A stretch of DNA of 64,000 nt from an uncultured virus (IMG/VR IMGVR_UViG_3300037840_000439) (IMGVR_UViG_3300037840_000439); one strand, 5' to 3'. Shown: positions 49,752 through 60,136, counted from the stretch's first letter. Program-made: numbers and translations. Notes: a model not told the origin generated them from the letters alone.

Positions 49752-50786
49752 CTACTTGAATGCCTCTTCGAGAAGCTGCTTCGCCCGCGCCAGCGGGGTG
49801 TAGTGTGCGTTGAGCAACCGATTACCATCCGCGGCGATGCGTTCACGTCGCGGCTCATCGGCAAGAGCTTCACGCACCACACGTACGATGTCGCTCTTGT
49901 TCGTTCCGTCAAACGCCACGTGGTTCTCACCATCGACGAGCGGGTAAGGCGAGATTACGGGAATACGTTCCCGCGCGAGTAGCGTTCCCGGACACGACAA
50001 AATCTCGTAGGTACGCAAGGGTTCGATGCCCGACCCCCCCACGCACACGGCAACCCTGGCACGGTTCAACGCCGCCATGTACTCGGCGTGCCCCAAGTAG
50101 CCCCCCATAAAGCTCGAGAACTCTTGACGCAACAACGCCTCAAGTACCGGGCGCTGCGACGGCTCCGTAAGCGGGACTCCCTCGCGCCTGTGCGGCTGCC
50201 AGCTGCCGCCACCGAAGAACACGACATCGAGATCCTTTGCTACAGGCGCGGGGCTCGGCAGCGGGGTGGCTTGCGGGAACGGCACAACGCGCACGGTATG
50301 TGCCACCCGCGCCTTGGCGTCTAGGTAGTATTCCAACGGGTGCTCGACCAACGAGAGCTTGAAGTAGACGCTAGGGCGAAACCACTCGACGAGATCCCAG
50401 CGTACCGTCGTGTAGTCTTCGCCGTCAACGATGACGAGCCTCTTGAGCGCCGGGCGCCCCACACGATCAATGAGTCTTGCAAGATCGCGCGTATTGTACG
50501 CACGAGGAGATGCGAGCACGACGAGATCGAACATGCCAATATCGCCAAACACCTCCGCATCGCTCCACGCGCGTGTCGGCTGCGCAATCATCCATGGAAA
50601 TGGTGCAGCCACACCATAGTTACCAGGTGGATCATACGGGATGGGACCTCTGTACACTTGTCCGTGGTGTGTGTCTTTCCACGGCCAATCGACAACGTTT
50701 TCAGATCCAAGTTCCTGACAAAGACCCATATAAACGATCGAAGCAAGCTGATCGGGTTCTGGGTGATCGATATACAGAACTTTCAC
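49752..50786 (-). CDS. GT-B glycosyltransferase (CgeB/Glyco_trans_1_2-like)
   Basis: DVVFFG, YMAALN, RTYEIL, RERIAADG. Confidence 0.8.
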   Translation of the reverse strand: MKVLYIDHPEPDQLASIVYMGLCQELGSENVVDWPWKDTHHGQVYRGPIPYDPPGNYGVAAPFPWMIAQPTRAWSDAEVFGDIGMFDLVVLASPRAYNTRDLARLIDRVGRPALKRLVIVDGEDYTTVRWDLVEWFRPSVYFKLSLVEHPLEYYLDAKARVAHTVRVVPFPQATPLPSPAPVAKDLDVVFFGGGSWQPHRREGVPLTEPSQRPVLEALLRQEFSSFMGGYLGHAEYMAALNRARVAVCVGGSGIEPLRTYEILSCPGTLLARERIPVISPYPLVDGENHVAFDGTNKSDIVRVVREALADEPRRERIAADGNRLLNAHYTPLARAKQLLEEAFK

Positions 50787-50788
50787 AG

Positions 50789-51475
50789 CTACACACGTTC
50801 AACGACGACGTCGAAACTAAAATGGTTATCGAGAGTATCGTAGTCTTGTAACGTCACAGGAACAACTCGCTGCGCAAGTAGTTTGTCAAGTACACGTTGT
50901 CTGAAATCAGAGTGTCCCCATGCCTTGGGTCCAACACGCTTGTGATCCTTGTCGCAGGCCCAGACGTCGAAGTAATCATTATCTGGGACGATCATCGCCA
51001 GGATTCCACCGGGACGCAGAAGGTTAGTCCAGCGTACCAACAGATCTACGATACCTTCGTCGTTCGAAGCCGGCATATGCTCTAGCGAATGGTTGGATGT
51101 GATAAATGGCAAGCTTGTCGCGGGGACAAGCTCATGAATGCGCGTAGCGTCCCATGCAACGTCGGCTAGGTATGGTCCACCACCGTAGAACGGGTGTGTC
51201 TTACCGTCACCAAACAGATCCACGTGCATGGCATACGGCGTCATCCCCTTCGATGAGCCTAGGTCGAGACCGAGATCTGTCGGGCTGCCTTTTTCAATGC
51301 CCCAAAAACAACTGAACGCTCGTTGTTGGTGCCCAACCATGTTCTTCGGGTTATCCATCCGACAGATCACACTTCGATCCCCGATGCATTTTCTGTAATC
51401 GAAGTCCGGAAAGTAGTCGCATACTTGTGGATGCACATGCGGGTGCAACGATCGGAAATCGCTTTGCTTGCTCAT
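50789..51475 (-). CDS. Class I SAM methyltransferase
   Basis: GLDLGS, NHSLEH, LRPGGILAMIVPD. Confidence 0.8.
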   Translation of the reverse strand: MSKQSDFRSLHPHVHPQVCDYFPDFDYRKCIGDRSVICRMDNPKNMVGHQQRAFSCFWGIEKGSPTDLGLDLGSSKGMTPYAMHVDLFGDGKTHPFYGGGPYLADVAWDATRIHELVPATSLPFITSNHSLEHMPASNDEGIVDLLVRWTNLLRPGGILAMIVPDNDYFDVWACDKDHKRVGPKAWGHSDFRQRVLDKLLAQRVVPVTLQDYDTLDNHFSFDVVVERV

Positions 51476-51476
51476 G

Positions 51477-52361
51477 TTATTTTGGTTGTGGAAGGACCAC
51501 CGATGCTGGCTGCCCTTCGCGCAAAAACTTGACCTCGACGTCCCCAATTGCACCAAGGTACTTCGGATTCGTGTAGTCGAACTCGTAAACACCCTCCGGT
51601 ACAGCCCATTTCTGGCGGTAGTGCGCGCGAGATGCGGCCATGCGATTACCAGCCTCTAACTCTGGATTGGCACCAAATGTGGCCGACCACATATGCCAGT
51701 TAAACGGCCAATTGAGTTGGACACCAATGAGGCCACGCTGCGCCATTGATGTATTAAAACAACTCTCCTCGTAGAACGATTTGTACGTTTCATCAAACCC
51801 TCCGATAGCATCGAAGTCCTTGCGACGAAACGCAAATAACTGACCTGTTGGTGCCATAACTCTCCCTGGATCGCCACGTTCCAGATCGCGACGTTCTGAA
51901 ACATGAGACTTAGAAACAGGATCCCGTGGAATAACATTCCGATCGGATGTTGATGACTCCAAGAGCGGGACCACGTCTTCGACAAGAAAGGCGTGCCAGT
52001 TCTGGCCCACGCACCCAACCCCAGGACTGTTCTCGAGCACATGTATGAGTGATCGTAGCCAGCCTTCGGATACAATAACATCATCGTTTACCAGGACCGC
52101 ATACTCGCACTGAAGCGCCCGCACGGCAGTGTTCCAGCCTGCGGAGATTCCACGGTTCTTGCCGTGTTCCACAAAGGTAATTGGAAACCTATGGGCCCAT
52201 TCTTCTACGACACGACGTGTACCAGGAGTTGGGGAGCCGTCATCCACAACCACGACCTGCGCGATACCAACGGCTAGCTCAGGAGTGCGCATAGAAATCG
52301 ACTTGAGGAGGTTACCAAGGCGCCAGGAGCCGTTGTATGTGGTGATTCCGATGGTGATCAT
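51477..52361 (-). CDS. GT2 glycosyltransferase
   Basis: ITTYN, VVDDGS, LVNDD, GGFDE, YEE. Confidence 0.92.
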   Translation of the reverse strand: MITIGITTYNGSWRLGNLLKSISMRTPELAVGIAQVVVVDDGSPTPGTRRVVEEWAHRFPITFVEHGKNRGISAGWNTAVRALQCEYAVLVNDDVIVSEGWLRSLIHVLENSPGVGCVGQNWHAFLVEDVVPLLESSTSDRNVIPRDPVSKSHVSERRDLERGDPGRVMAPTGQLFAFRRKDFDAIGGFDETYKSFYEESCFNTSMAQRGLIGVQLNWPFNWHMWSATFGANPELEAGNRMAASRAHYRQKWAVPEGVYEFDYTNPKYLGAIGDVEVKFLREGQPASVVLPQPK

Positions 52362-53239
52362 GTTCTTGCCTGGTCATCGAGATGAATCAGCGCCGTGTTC
52401 CACTCGTTTAGGTTTTCAAGTACCCCGCTCGCTTTTGCTTGTGCTTGGTATCTCGCACGCATCTCAATAACGCTCTTCTTCCACTTTGCATGGAAAAGAC
52501 AACGGCTGCGTACAAGTTGCGCGTTGGCATCAAGATTATTCAGATCGGACAATGTCGCACCACCTTGGTGGTAAACGATCGGATAGCTAGCGATTGCATG
52601 AATAAAACCTTTTTCGCAGAGTGATACGCCAAAATCACACTCTTCGTAGTAAACGAAATACCGTTCGTCAAACCCACCAGCAAGATCGTAGGAATCTCTG
52701 CGGAACGCAAAAATGCTTCCGTGTGAAGCTAGCAGTTGACCTTGTCCAGTCATGAGATTCGACTCATGATAGTCAACAATCGGTTGCGCCTCGTGCGGTA
52801 ACATGTGCGCAAACGCCTCTCGGTGCTGTCCCTTGGTAAGCGAAACGTATTGATTCAGGCTCACCATACCGACCTGTTGGTTCTTCATCACGCTATAGAC
52901 GAGAACATCAAGCCAATGGGGTACAACCTCGATATCATCGTTGATTAGCACAATAACGTCAGCTGGTTGGTGTCGCACAAGCTTATTCCACGATGCTGCA
53001 ATTCCAGCACGATTGGCAGACACAATCATTTCAAGACCAGTGACATCGCGTAGCTTCTCTGCTCGGTGGATACAATCCTTGTTTAGTTTCGTGTTCCCCT
53101 CGGTTGAACCGTCGTCACAAACAAGCACCCTTACGCTTTCGAACGCAGCGAGGTTCGTACACTCCGCAATCGACGTGAGGCAACGATCGAGACGTTCGGG
53201 GCCATTAAGTGTTGGAATTCCTATGACAACTCGTGTCAC
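52358..53239 (-). CDS. GT2 glycosyltransferase
   Basis: IPTLN, VCDDGS, LINDD, GGFDE, YEECD. Confidence 0.92.
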   Translation of the reverse strand: MTRVVIGIPTLNGPERLDRCLTSIAECTNLAAFESVRVLVCDDGSTEGNTKLNKDCIHRAEKLRDVTGLEMIVSANRAGIAASWNKLVRHQPADVIVLINDDIEVVPHWLDVLVYSVMKNQQVGMVSLNQYVSLTKGQHREAFAHMLPHEAQPIVDYHESNLMTGQGQLLASHGSIFAFRRDSYDLAGGFDERYFVYYEECDFGVSLCEKGFIHAIASYPIVYHQGGATLSDLNNLDANAQLVRSRCLFHAKWKKSVIEMRARYQAQAKASGVLENLNEWNTALIHLDDQART

Positions 53240-54354
53240 GTAAGCCCCCCTAACAACTCCATATACTTCTCAGCGACGACGTCCATGTTGATCCTGGCAT
53301 ACTCGTCTGCCATATCGCCACGCAGCCTGTCTCGCAGGTCCGCGTTTTGAGCAATACGCAGGACTTCCGCTGCGAATACTGCCACGTCGAACCCTGGTAC
53401 GCGCACAACCCCACCCTTTAGATCAGCACCATGGGTTGATTCCGTGATCACAAGCGGGCAGCGAGCTGAGACAAACTGCTTGTTCGCAGCCGACACGGAG
53501 TCAGTATTCTGACCGTGGAAAACAAACCCTAGGTCGGATGCGTAGACACGATCGAGGAGATCTTTCTCAGGCAAGAAGTCCGTCGAGAGCCTTGTCTGAA
53601 CTTGCGGGTACTTCGCCATGACGGCGCGTATGGCTACCTCTTCGTGTTCTGACTCCTGATTGCTGAAGTGTCGAGGTGTCTGAATCTGGAATACCAGGCG
53701 AGAATTCTTGGCTTTCGACAAGATCGCCTCAAGCGTTGCCGGAATTTTCTTCCACTGCGACAGAAAGCCCAGCGTGGTAACGACGATGTCGTCCGGTTGG
53801 AACCCAAGACGTGCCCGTAGATCCAAACGTCCTGTCTCCGGCTCGTAGATCGGACACCCAAGCGGAATCTCTATGGTCTGGTTGCCGTACGGACGATGTA
53901 CCACGAATGCGTCTACCAGGTCGCGGTAAGCGCCAAGGACATTGTAGAGATACCAGTGACAACAAAAAACCACACGCACGCCACGTGCTCGAAGCGTTCG
54001 AAGCGTTTCGACGAAACCGACTGGAACAAGCTGCTGTTCGTAATGAACTAGAAGTATGGCGTTTGGCTCAACGATCCGAACAAGATCATTTTTGAACGTA
54101 AGGGGTCGAACCGTAACCAACTTCGCCAGCGAAACGTCCAGTTGTCTGCCGTATTCTCGGATACCACATCGCTCCTGAGGGCTGTGACAAACGAAAATAC
54201 GGTCTGTAACAATGACCCCTCGTTGTGCAACCTCTGACGGGCATGCGGACGCCGGAACGGTTGCGTGTACTGGTACTACGATTGGATGAGCACAGAGCCG
54301 CTGATCGCGTCGATGTCCAGCCTTCGCCACGTGCCACCACGGAGGTCGCTGCAT
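53236..54354 (-). CDS. GT4-like glycosyltransferase (start probably near 54210)
   Basis: CGIREY, LGFLSQWK, FLPE...ASD, SVSAA. Confidence 0.8.
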   Translation of the reverse strand: MQRPPWWHVAKAGHRRDQRLCAHPIVVPVHATVPASACPSEVAQRGVIVTDRIFVCHSPQERCGIREYGRQLDVSLAKLVTVRPLTFKNDLVRIVEPNAILLVHYEQQLVPVGFVETLRTLRARGVRVVFCCHWYLYNVLGAYRDLVDAFVVHRPYGNQTIEIPLGCPIYEPETGRLDLRARLGFQPDDIVVTTLGFLSQWKKIPATLEAILSKAKNSRLVFQIQTPRHFSNQESEHEEVAIRAVMAKYPQVQTRLSTDFLPEKDLLDRVYASDLGFVFHGQNTDSVSAANKQFVSARCPLVITESTHGADLKGGVVRVPGFDVAVFAAEVLRIAQNADLRDRLRGDMADEYARINMDVVAEKYMELLGGLT

Positions 54355-54365
54355 AGTCTCTACCC

Positions 54366-56063
54366 CTACCCCAGAATTTCTTGTGCCTTGGAAATTTCGA
54401 AAAGTGAAATCCTAACCTCTTCAGGGTCGCCACCCATAGTCGCACGCTTCTTGTACGCCTCCATGGCTAGCCCAAGTTGTTTCTTGTCTCCGCTTGCTCC
54501 ATACGCATACTGCCAACTCTGCGCTAGGAAGAATCTGTGCCGGCTGTTTTCAGGATCTTGTTTTAGCGCTCGCGTGAGTGTCTCTGCGTCGCGAACAAAC
54601 TTTTTGGGGTCCCTTGATCGACTACCGCCACCTACGACACGAATTCTCATGGTTGGGATACGTCGAGTCGGTGCCGACAGAGCGGCGCCGCAAAGGTGAT
54701 GCTCTATTGGAGCAAGATACTCGTGAAGCACGCCAACATACCTATAGATCTCAGGTCGAAATATGTGCACACGAGAATGCGTGTCATCTCCATATATGAC
54801 AGTGAGCATATACGCATCTTCGACAAGACGTGGCATCTTGAAGTTTTCTGCCAACTCCATAATGTCGTCGGCGTCAATCACAAGTACATGAGACGTCTTG
54901 CCGGTCGCCAGTTCGATAGATTCATTTCTGTTCGACGCGAAGTCCTTCCACGGACGTTCGTGAAGTTCACCAGGAACACCCTTAAGAATCCTGCTATTGC
55001 GAATTACATCTTGTGTCCCATCCATTGAACCGGTGTCTACGATTGTCCAGTGCGATATCACCTGGCGTACCGACATGAGGCAACGCTCGATAATATGCGC
55101 TTCATTTTTCACAATCATGCACAGCCCAACACCGTATGGCTCCGATTCGGATTCCACTACAACATCTAATGCATCCAAATCCGCGACCGCTGCACTGCCA
55201 ATAAATGTTTCGATGTAGCTAGGTACCAGTATGTCATTGGCGTTCATGATGATTGTGCAATCACCAGAAGCGTCTTTGTGATCACCAAGACAAACACCTA
55301 GTCGACGCGCCTCCTCCACGCTCTCATCGTCGGCATCGTCTACAACAACAATGATCTCGTGCGGTGAATACGTCTGTCCTCGTACCGATCCGACAGCAAC
55401 AGCTAGATCGTGTGCTTGCCAGTGACAAACGATGACAACGGACACCTTCTGGTTCGTGTTCTCAACTGCAACACCGCCGTATTCACCGCCGCTCGTAGAA
55501 CCCCAGAATTGCACCGCGTGTACAGGCGTATCGCCAGGCGACTCTACACCGGATAGGTGTATGGGCAGGAACGTACGCGCCGGATAAATGTACAGATCGT
55601 GTGCAAACTCTGTCAGAAGCCTGGGGCCTACCGACTCCCACGCTCGACCCTTCAGTTCGCGCGTCTCTATTGTCTTCAAGATCTCTTCAAGGAATGGCGC
55701 GCCTGGCTCAGCGCCAATGGTTCCGTTGGAAACAAGACCTGGTCGTAATGTCTCATGTTCGTACGACGCAAATGCATGATGCACAAGAAAACTTTCGTCG
55801 AGCGATGCGACACATACGCTGTCCGCGTCTACGTAGACACCACCATAGCGCTGAAGGATCTCGTAGCGAAGGATATCCGCTTTACCGCACAGCTCCGGCA
55901 TCGCGTCGATCTGCTTCCGACATCGCCAAGGAAACGATACAAGGTCGTCGTTCGTCCAAAGATGGTACTCCCAATTCGGATGCTTCTCACGCCACGTACG
56001 AAGCCATGCCGTCGGCGCTGGCCGAGAGCCTATCCATATTGCATGCAGGCGCCTCGGAATCAC
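54366..56063 (-). CDS. GT32 + GT2-like fusion glycosyltransferase
   Basis: IPRRLHAIW...ADILRY...GGVYVDAD; CMIVKNE...VDTGSMDGT...IDADD...LHE. Confidence 0.88.
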   Translation of the reverse strand: MIPRRLHAIWIGSRPAPTAWLRTWREKHPNWEYHLWTNDDLVSFPWRCRKQIDAMPELCGKADILRYEILQRYGGVYVDADSVCVASLDESFLVHHAFASYEHETLRPGLVSNGTIGAEPGAPFLEEILKTIETRELKGRAWESVGPRLLTEFAHDLYIYPARTFLPIHLSGVESPGDTPVHAVQFWGSTSGGEYGGVAVENTNQKVSVVIVCHWQAHDLAVAVGSVRGQTYSPHEIIVVVDDADDESVEEARRLGVCLGDHKDASGDCTIIMNANDILVPSYIETFIGSAAVADLDALDVVVESESEPYGVGLCMIVKNEAHIIERCLMSVRQVISHWTIVDTGSMDGTQDVIRNSRILKGVPGELHERPWKDFASNRNESIELATGKTSHVLVIDADDIMELAENFKMPRLVEDAYMLTVIYGDDTHSRVHIFRPEIYRYVGVLHEYLAPIEHHLCGAALSAPTRRIPTMRIRVVGGGSRSRDPKKFVRDAETLTRALKQDPENSRHRFFLAQSWQYAYGASGDKKQLGLAMEAYKKRATMGGDPEEVRISLFEISKAQEILG

Positions 56064-56075
56064 GATTTACCGAAA

Positions 56076-56264
56076 TCACGGTTCGCGCTGCGGAGTGTAG
56101 ACAACGGGTCGCCCGTCTCCGTGGGCCAGTCGGATGCCTTCACCATCGATCGCCATACGTACGATCGGCGTCTTCAAGAGCTTGTCGAGTTTCTTCGCGA
56201 TTTCGGCGGCGTCTCGGTCGTCGCGGGTCTCGACGATCATGTGCATGAGGATCTTGTGTCTCAT
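56076..56264 (-). CDS. Hypothetical protein
   Basis: 62 aa, ATGA-coupled. Confidence 0.6.
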   Translation of the reverse strand: MRHKILMHMIVETRDDRDAAEIAKKLDKLLKTPIVRMAIDGEGIRLAHGDGRPVVYTPQREP

Positions 56265-56569
56265 GATTTTGCAAACGGCCCCGGCATGATCGGAACAACT
56301 TTCGGTCCTGGTTTGGACTTCTTGGTCTTCTTTGTTTTGAGCGAAGCCTGTGGGAACGCACCCTGTAGCTTGTCAAACACCGACTCCACAACAGCGCGTT
56401 GCTCTTGGGTCTTTGCAGTCGCAGCGAACAGCACACGCAGTTTGTCGACATTCTCTTGCATGGTGCCGTAGAAGTTGAAACCACAGGCAAAACGAATCCC
56501 GTTACAGCAGATTACTTCGAAGTCGACATGATAATGATTACCGCACGTATCCTCTTCTTCGATTTTCAT
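56261..56569 (-). CDS. Hypothetical protein
   Basis: Start MKIEEE overlapping the upstream stop. Confidence 0.6.
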   Translation of the reverse strand: MKIEEEDTCGNHYHVDFEVICCNGIRFACGFNFYGTMQENVDKLRVLFAATAKTQEQRAVVESVFDKLQGAFPQASLKTKKTKKSKPGPKVVPIMPGPFAKS

Positions 56570-58317
56570 CCTCCACCTCCCGGCACCGTCGGTGCTCCCC
56601 ACCTTCGCGGCTTCGGCGGCTCTTCCTCATGCGAAATGGGCTGTGGCATGTCCCTGGGAGGCGGCGGCAGCTCGTCGACAGGTACCGCCACGTACCCAGG
56701 CGGGGGCTTGTAACCGGGGGTCACCTCGACGTAGCCCTCCGGAAGCGGACGTTGCTGTCGCTGCTCTTTGGCTTCGCGTTCCGCAGCAGCCTTCATGATC
56801 GCCTCGCGTTGCTCCGCAATCCACTTGAGGATGTTGCCTGCGTTTGCAACACCGGTCTCCCACTTGCGAGCCGAGCCGTCTTTCTTGTCGACGATGACGG
56901 GCCAACCGCCCACGTCCACTACCCTCACGGGGCTATCGTCGCTGGTTCTTCGATCCAGGTATCGGTCAGGCTCTGGTTCTACCGGCGGCCGAAATCGATC
57001 AGCAATACTCATGGCCAGATCAATGACCCCGGCGGCGTTATTGAACTCTTCAGCGACAGTCTTCGGGCGCTGCTGCGGGTACGGACCCGGATATCGAGGG
57101 TCCCGATATTCTTGCGGTCCGTCGGCTACACCATTGTTGTAGTAGGGACCCGATCGCATCGAGGGGCGCTGCGGATAGCCACCCGGGGGCGAGACGGGAG
57201 GAGAAGCTGGCGGCTGCACCGACCGCTGCATCCTCTCGAACATCTCGAACATCTTCCCCATCATGGCCATGGGGTCTGGCGCTGGTGCTTGCGGCTGCTG
57301 GAGCTTCTGGAGCATCCAGGCCATCATGGCGACCGGATCCGATCCTTGTGGAGGCGAAGGTGGCATCGCAGGGGTTGCCTGCGGGGTCTGCATCTGTTGG
57401 AAGAGCCGAAAGGACTCCTGCATCATCGCCAGCGGATCGGTCGACGGTGGTTGCGCGCTGGGTGCAGTAGACTGCGGTGGTTGCGCCGCCTGTTGCGCCT
57501 TCTGGAAGATCTCGAACATCTGGGTCATCATCGCCATCGGATCGGTCGACTGACCCGGGAACGAGGCGGGGGCAGGAGCCGCAACCGGCTGCGGGACCAC
57601 CGGGGCCGGACGCGCAGAGATCTGCATCTGTTGAAACAGTTCGAACATCTTGCTCATTGTGGCCAACGGATCGACTGCCGCCGGGACAACCTGCACGGTA
57701 GTCGGCACTGTCTGCGCCGGCTGCTGGTATTGCACCGGCGGAGGCTGTCCATACGGATTCATCGGTTGTCCCTGTTGCTGCTGCTGCGGCTGAACCTGCG
57801 GCGGCGTGTCGCGCGTGTCGGGCATCGTGATCCGTCCTGTGCCGCGCCGTTTCTTGTCGTTGGAGTCAAAGAGGAGCACGGTGTACGTGGCCTCTTCGAA
57901 GCGACCGTGTTGCGCCATGATCGCAGCGTAGAGATCAGCTCCCGACCTGGGTCGGCTCTTGATCACCCACTGGACGGGAGCACCACCCGTCACCCGAGTC
58001 ACAAGGATGTCGATCGTGCTCGCGGGCCAGAACTTGATGATCCCCTCGTACTTCTCGAGGAGATTTTCGATGTTGAACGGCGCACCCGGTTGGCCATCGC
58101 GCTTCTTGTTGACCATGTCTTCGATGCGACGATTCTCGCGAATGCTTTCGGCATCGGCGGCACCGGCAGCACGAAGCTTTGCTTCTTCGACTTGCAGCTC
58201 TCCGCTTTCGTCTTCGGCGGGCGTAGCACCCAGCTCAGCAACGATGTCGGACTCGTCTTGCTGCGACGGAGTTGCGGCGGCGGGAATATCGCTGGACGGT
58301 TTTCTTCTGCTGGCCAT
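56566..58317 (-). CDS. Pro/Gln/Met-rich repeat protein
   Basis: Five DPxAMMxxMFxxFQxMQ-type repeats; SD AGGAGG. Confidence 0.8.
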   Translation of the reverse strand: MASRRKPSSDIPAAATPSQQDESDIVAELGATPAEDESGELQVEEAKLRAAGAADAESIRENRRIEDMVNKKRDGQPGAPFNIENLLEKYEGIIKFWPASTIDILVTRVTGGAPVQWVIKSRPRSGADLYAAIMAQHGRFEEATYTVLLFDSNDKKRRGTGRITMPDTRDTPPQVQPQQQQQGQPMNPYGQPPPVQYQQPAQTVPTTVQVVPAAVDPLATMSKMFELFQQMQISARPAPVVPQPVAAPAPASFPGQSTDPMAMMTQMFEIFQKAQQAAQPPQSTAPSAQPPSTDPLAMMQESFRLFQQMQTPQATPAMPPSPPQGSDPVAMMAWMLQKLQQPQAPAPDPMAMMGKMFEMFERMQRSVQPPASPPVSPPGGYPQRPSMRSGPYYNNGVADGPQEYRDPRYPGPYPQQRPKTVAEEFNNAAGVIDLAMSIADRFRPPVEPEPDRYLDRRTSDDSPVRVVDVGGWPVIVDKKDGSARKWETGVANAGNILKWIAEQREAIMKAAAEREAKEQRQQRPLPEGYVEVTPGYKPPPGYVAVPVDELPPPPRDMPQPISHEEEPPKPRRWGAPTVPGGGG

Positions 58318-58328
58318 CGGATCCTCCT

Positions 58329-59075
58329 TCAGGACGGGTTCGTCTGTTGTCCGTTGGAGGGAGTCACGTTCGGTGTCGAACCAGGCTCGGGCGGGTTCTC
58401 CGGATTTTCGGGATCCGTCTCCTCTTCTTCCTCCTCTTCCTCGTCTTCGTCTTCACCACTCTCGGCGATCTCCATCTCACGGGCGAACAGGGTGGGAACC
58501 ATCGCCTCCTCGGAGAACCGCATCTGCCCAATCGGAATGAAGTGGCGCATCCCGTCGTTGCCGTCACTGGAGTAAATCTCGACGACGTCTTCCTCCACGA
58601 GGATCCGCAACACCTTCATATTGTCGTTTCCGGTGGGTGCGAACGGATTGGATTGACCGACCGTCCACACGATCGGTTCGTCTTCCGAAGGAGCCGAAGA
58701 AACCGAGTTGCTGACCAACCGACTGATCATCGGAGTTCCGGGCTTGATGACCGTTTGAGACAACTGCTCTACAAACACCTCGAGTGGCATCACCTCTTGG
58801 ATGAGCCTGATCCAGCCCATGGGCACGAAATTGCGCGTGCAAACACCATTGCTTGGTGCCGAGTAGACGTGTACACCCCCGTCGACCACGAACATGCGCA
58901 CCACCTTCATCTCCGGAACGAGCGGGTGTACCCCATCGAGTTTCCAGGAGCAGCTCCCCGGCGGCATGTCCGGAAAGAGAACGTTGCTGAGCATCCGCGT
59001 CAGCATGGGATAGCCGGGCTCGGGGAGCATGACGGAGCCTGTGATCGGTACGATATTTTGGGAAGGCGTGTTCAT
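58329..59075 (-). CDS. Protein with tandemly duplicated domain and acidic tail
   Basis: PGxPMxxRxxSN...W...P...MKVxR...VxxYS...RxFxPxG twice; poly-Glu tail. Confidence 0.75.
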   Translation of the reverse strand: MNTPSQNIVPITGSVMLPEPGYPMLTRMLSNVLFPDMPPGSCSWKLDGVHPLVPEMKVVRMFVVDGGVHVYSAPSNGVCTRNFVPMGWIRLIQEVMPLEVFVEQLSQTVIKPGTPMISRLVSNSVSSAPSEDEPIVWTVGQSNPFAPTGNDNMKVLRILVEEDVVEIYSSDGNDGMRHFIPIGQMRFSEEAMVPTLFAREMEIAESGEDEDEEEEEEEETDPENPENPPEPGSTPNVTPSNGQQTNPS

Positions 59076-59101
59076 GAGACCTGGCTCCGATGGTAGTGAG
59101 T

Positions 59102-59137
59102 GCTCCCTCTGCCGATCTGAGGGAGCTTTGTTCTTTT
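59102..59137 (+). terminator. Intrinsic terminator-like hairpin
   Basis: GCTCCCTC/GAGGGAGC followed by TTTGTTCTTTT. Confidence 0.5.
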
Positions 59138-59184
59138 GCCGTTTCTACTGACCGGCCCGGTTGGTTATGAGGTTTTTGCGCGCA

Positions 59185-59421
59185 TCAGGATATCGAAACG
59201 AGGGGCATGGTCGCGCACATCGCAGCATGCTCTTTGCAGAACCGCAGGCACGTGCTCGCCTCGGGTCCATACTTCCACACCGCCGGCTTCGGACATTCCA
59301 CTCCACCCTGCCCGTAGCCGCCGTGCATGACGATGTCGCACGACTTGTCTTCTGGCAACGCCTCACACGCCACAACAGCGGCAGTGGCGACGGTCGCCGT
59401 CAAGAAGCTCCTTCTATTCAT
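59185..59421 (-). CDS. Small Tat-type lipoprotein
   Basis: MNRRSFLTATVATAAVVAC. Confidence 0.6.
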   Translation of the reverse strand: MNRRSFLTATVATAAVVACEALPEDKSCDIVMHGGYGQGGVECPKPAVWKYGPEASTCLRFCKEHAAMCATMPLVSIS

Positions 59422-59488
59422 ACTTCGCTCCAAAGCGCAGGGAGATGGTCGTATGTGAAGAACTGCATGATCGGGTCTACGTCAGGCA

Positions 59489-60136
59489 TCAGAGCAACCC
59501 GGCTTCAAGGAAGCTGAAGTACGATTTCTTCTTCACGGTTCCACCCGCGATCACGTGATCCATGAGGATCACACCAACCGTATCAAACGCCTCGACGAAC
59601 GCCTCGGTCGTCTCCTTATCGGCGTCACTGGGCTCCGCTTCGATCCCCGAAGGATGACAGTGAAACAGAATTACTGCGTGGGCTCCGTCGATCAGTGCGG
59701 CCTGAAGAGTGGGTACGAGTGGGGCCATCACAGCAGAAGGTTCCCCACGACCGGTCTCTGCGACGCTCTTCAGCCGTAGATGCAAATCGAGCGTGAGGAG
59801 ACCGAAGACCTCGTTTACCTCGTCACCGATCGCATCTTCGATGATTTGGTACGCCTTCTTAGGCGTATTGAGCGGACCCACCTTGTCGGCGAGTGCGTTG
59901 CACGCCGCGAACTTCGCGGGGTCCTTGTTGACCACCAGGAACGGTTGGCACTTGGAACCCTTGCCTGCGGTGAGGAGAATCGGGTCAACTCCCTTGGGAG
60001 GCTTCTGGCCCGTCTTCTCCGTAATTTGCTCAGCCATCGCGCGAGCCCGCTTCGGCTCGTGGCAGCCGCAGCCGCCACCTCCGTCTTCTTTGGCACCAAC
60101 GCGACGGCGCATCTCGTTGAGGTCGTAGATTTTCAC
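59489..60136 (-). CDS. RadC-like JAB domain protein
   Basis: EVFGLLTLD, HCHPSG, PSDAD, LMDHVI. Confidence 0.9.
   Translation of the reverse strand: MKIYDLNEMRRRVGAKEDGGGGCGCHEPKRARAMAEQITEKTGQKPPKGVDPILLTAGKGSKCQPFLVVNKDPAKFAACNALADKVGPLNTPKKAYQIIEDAIGDEVNEVFGLLTLDLHLRLKSVAETGRGEPSAVMAPLVPTLQAALIDGAHAVILFHCHPSGIEAEPSDADKETTEAFVEAFDTVGVILMDHVIAGGTVKKKSYFSFLEAGLL

Noticed and set aside
36247..58575. Long antisense ORFs 36247..37509, 37996..39561 and 56629..58575
   Set aside because: They fully overlap better-supported minus-strand genes; expected in high-GC DNA.
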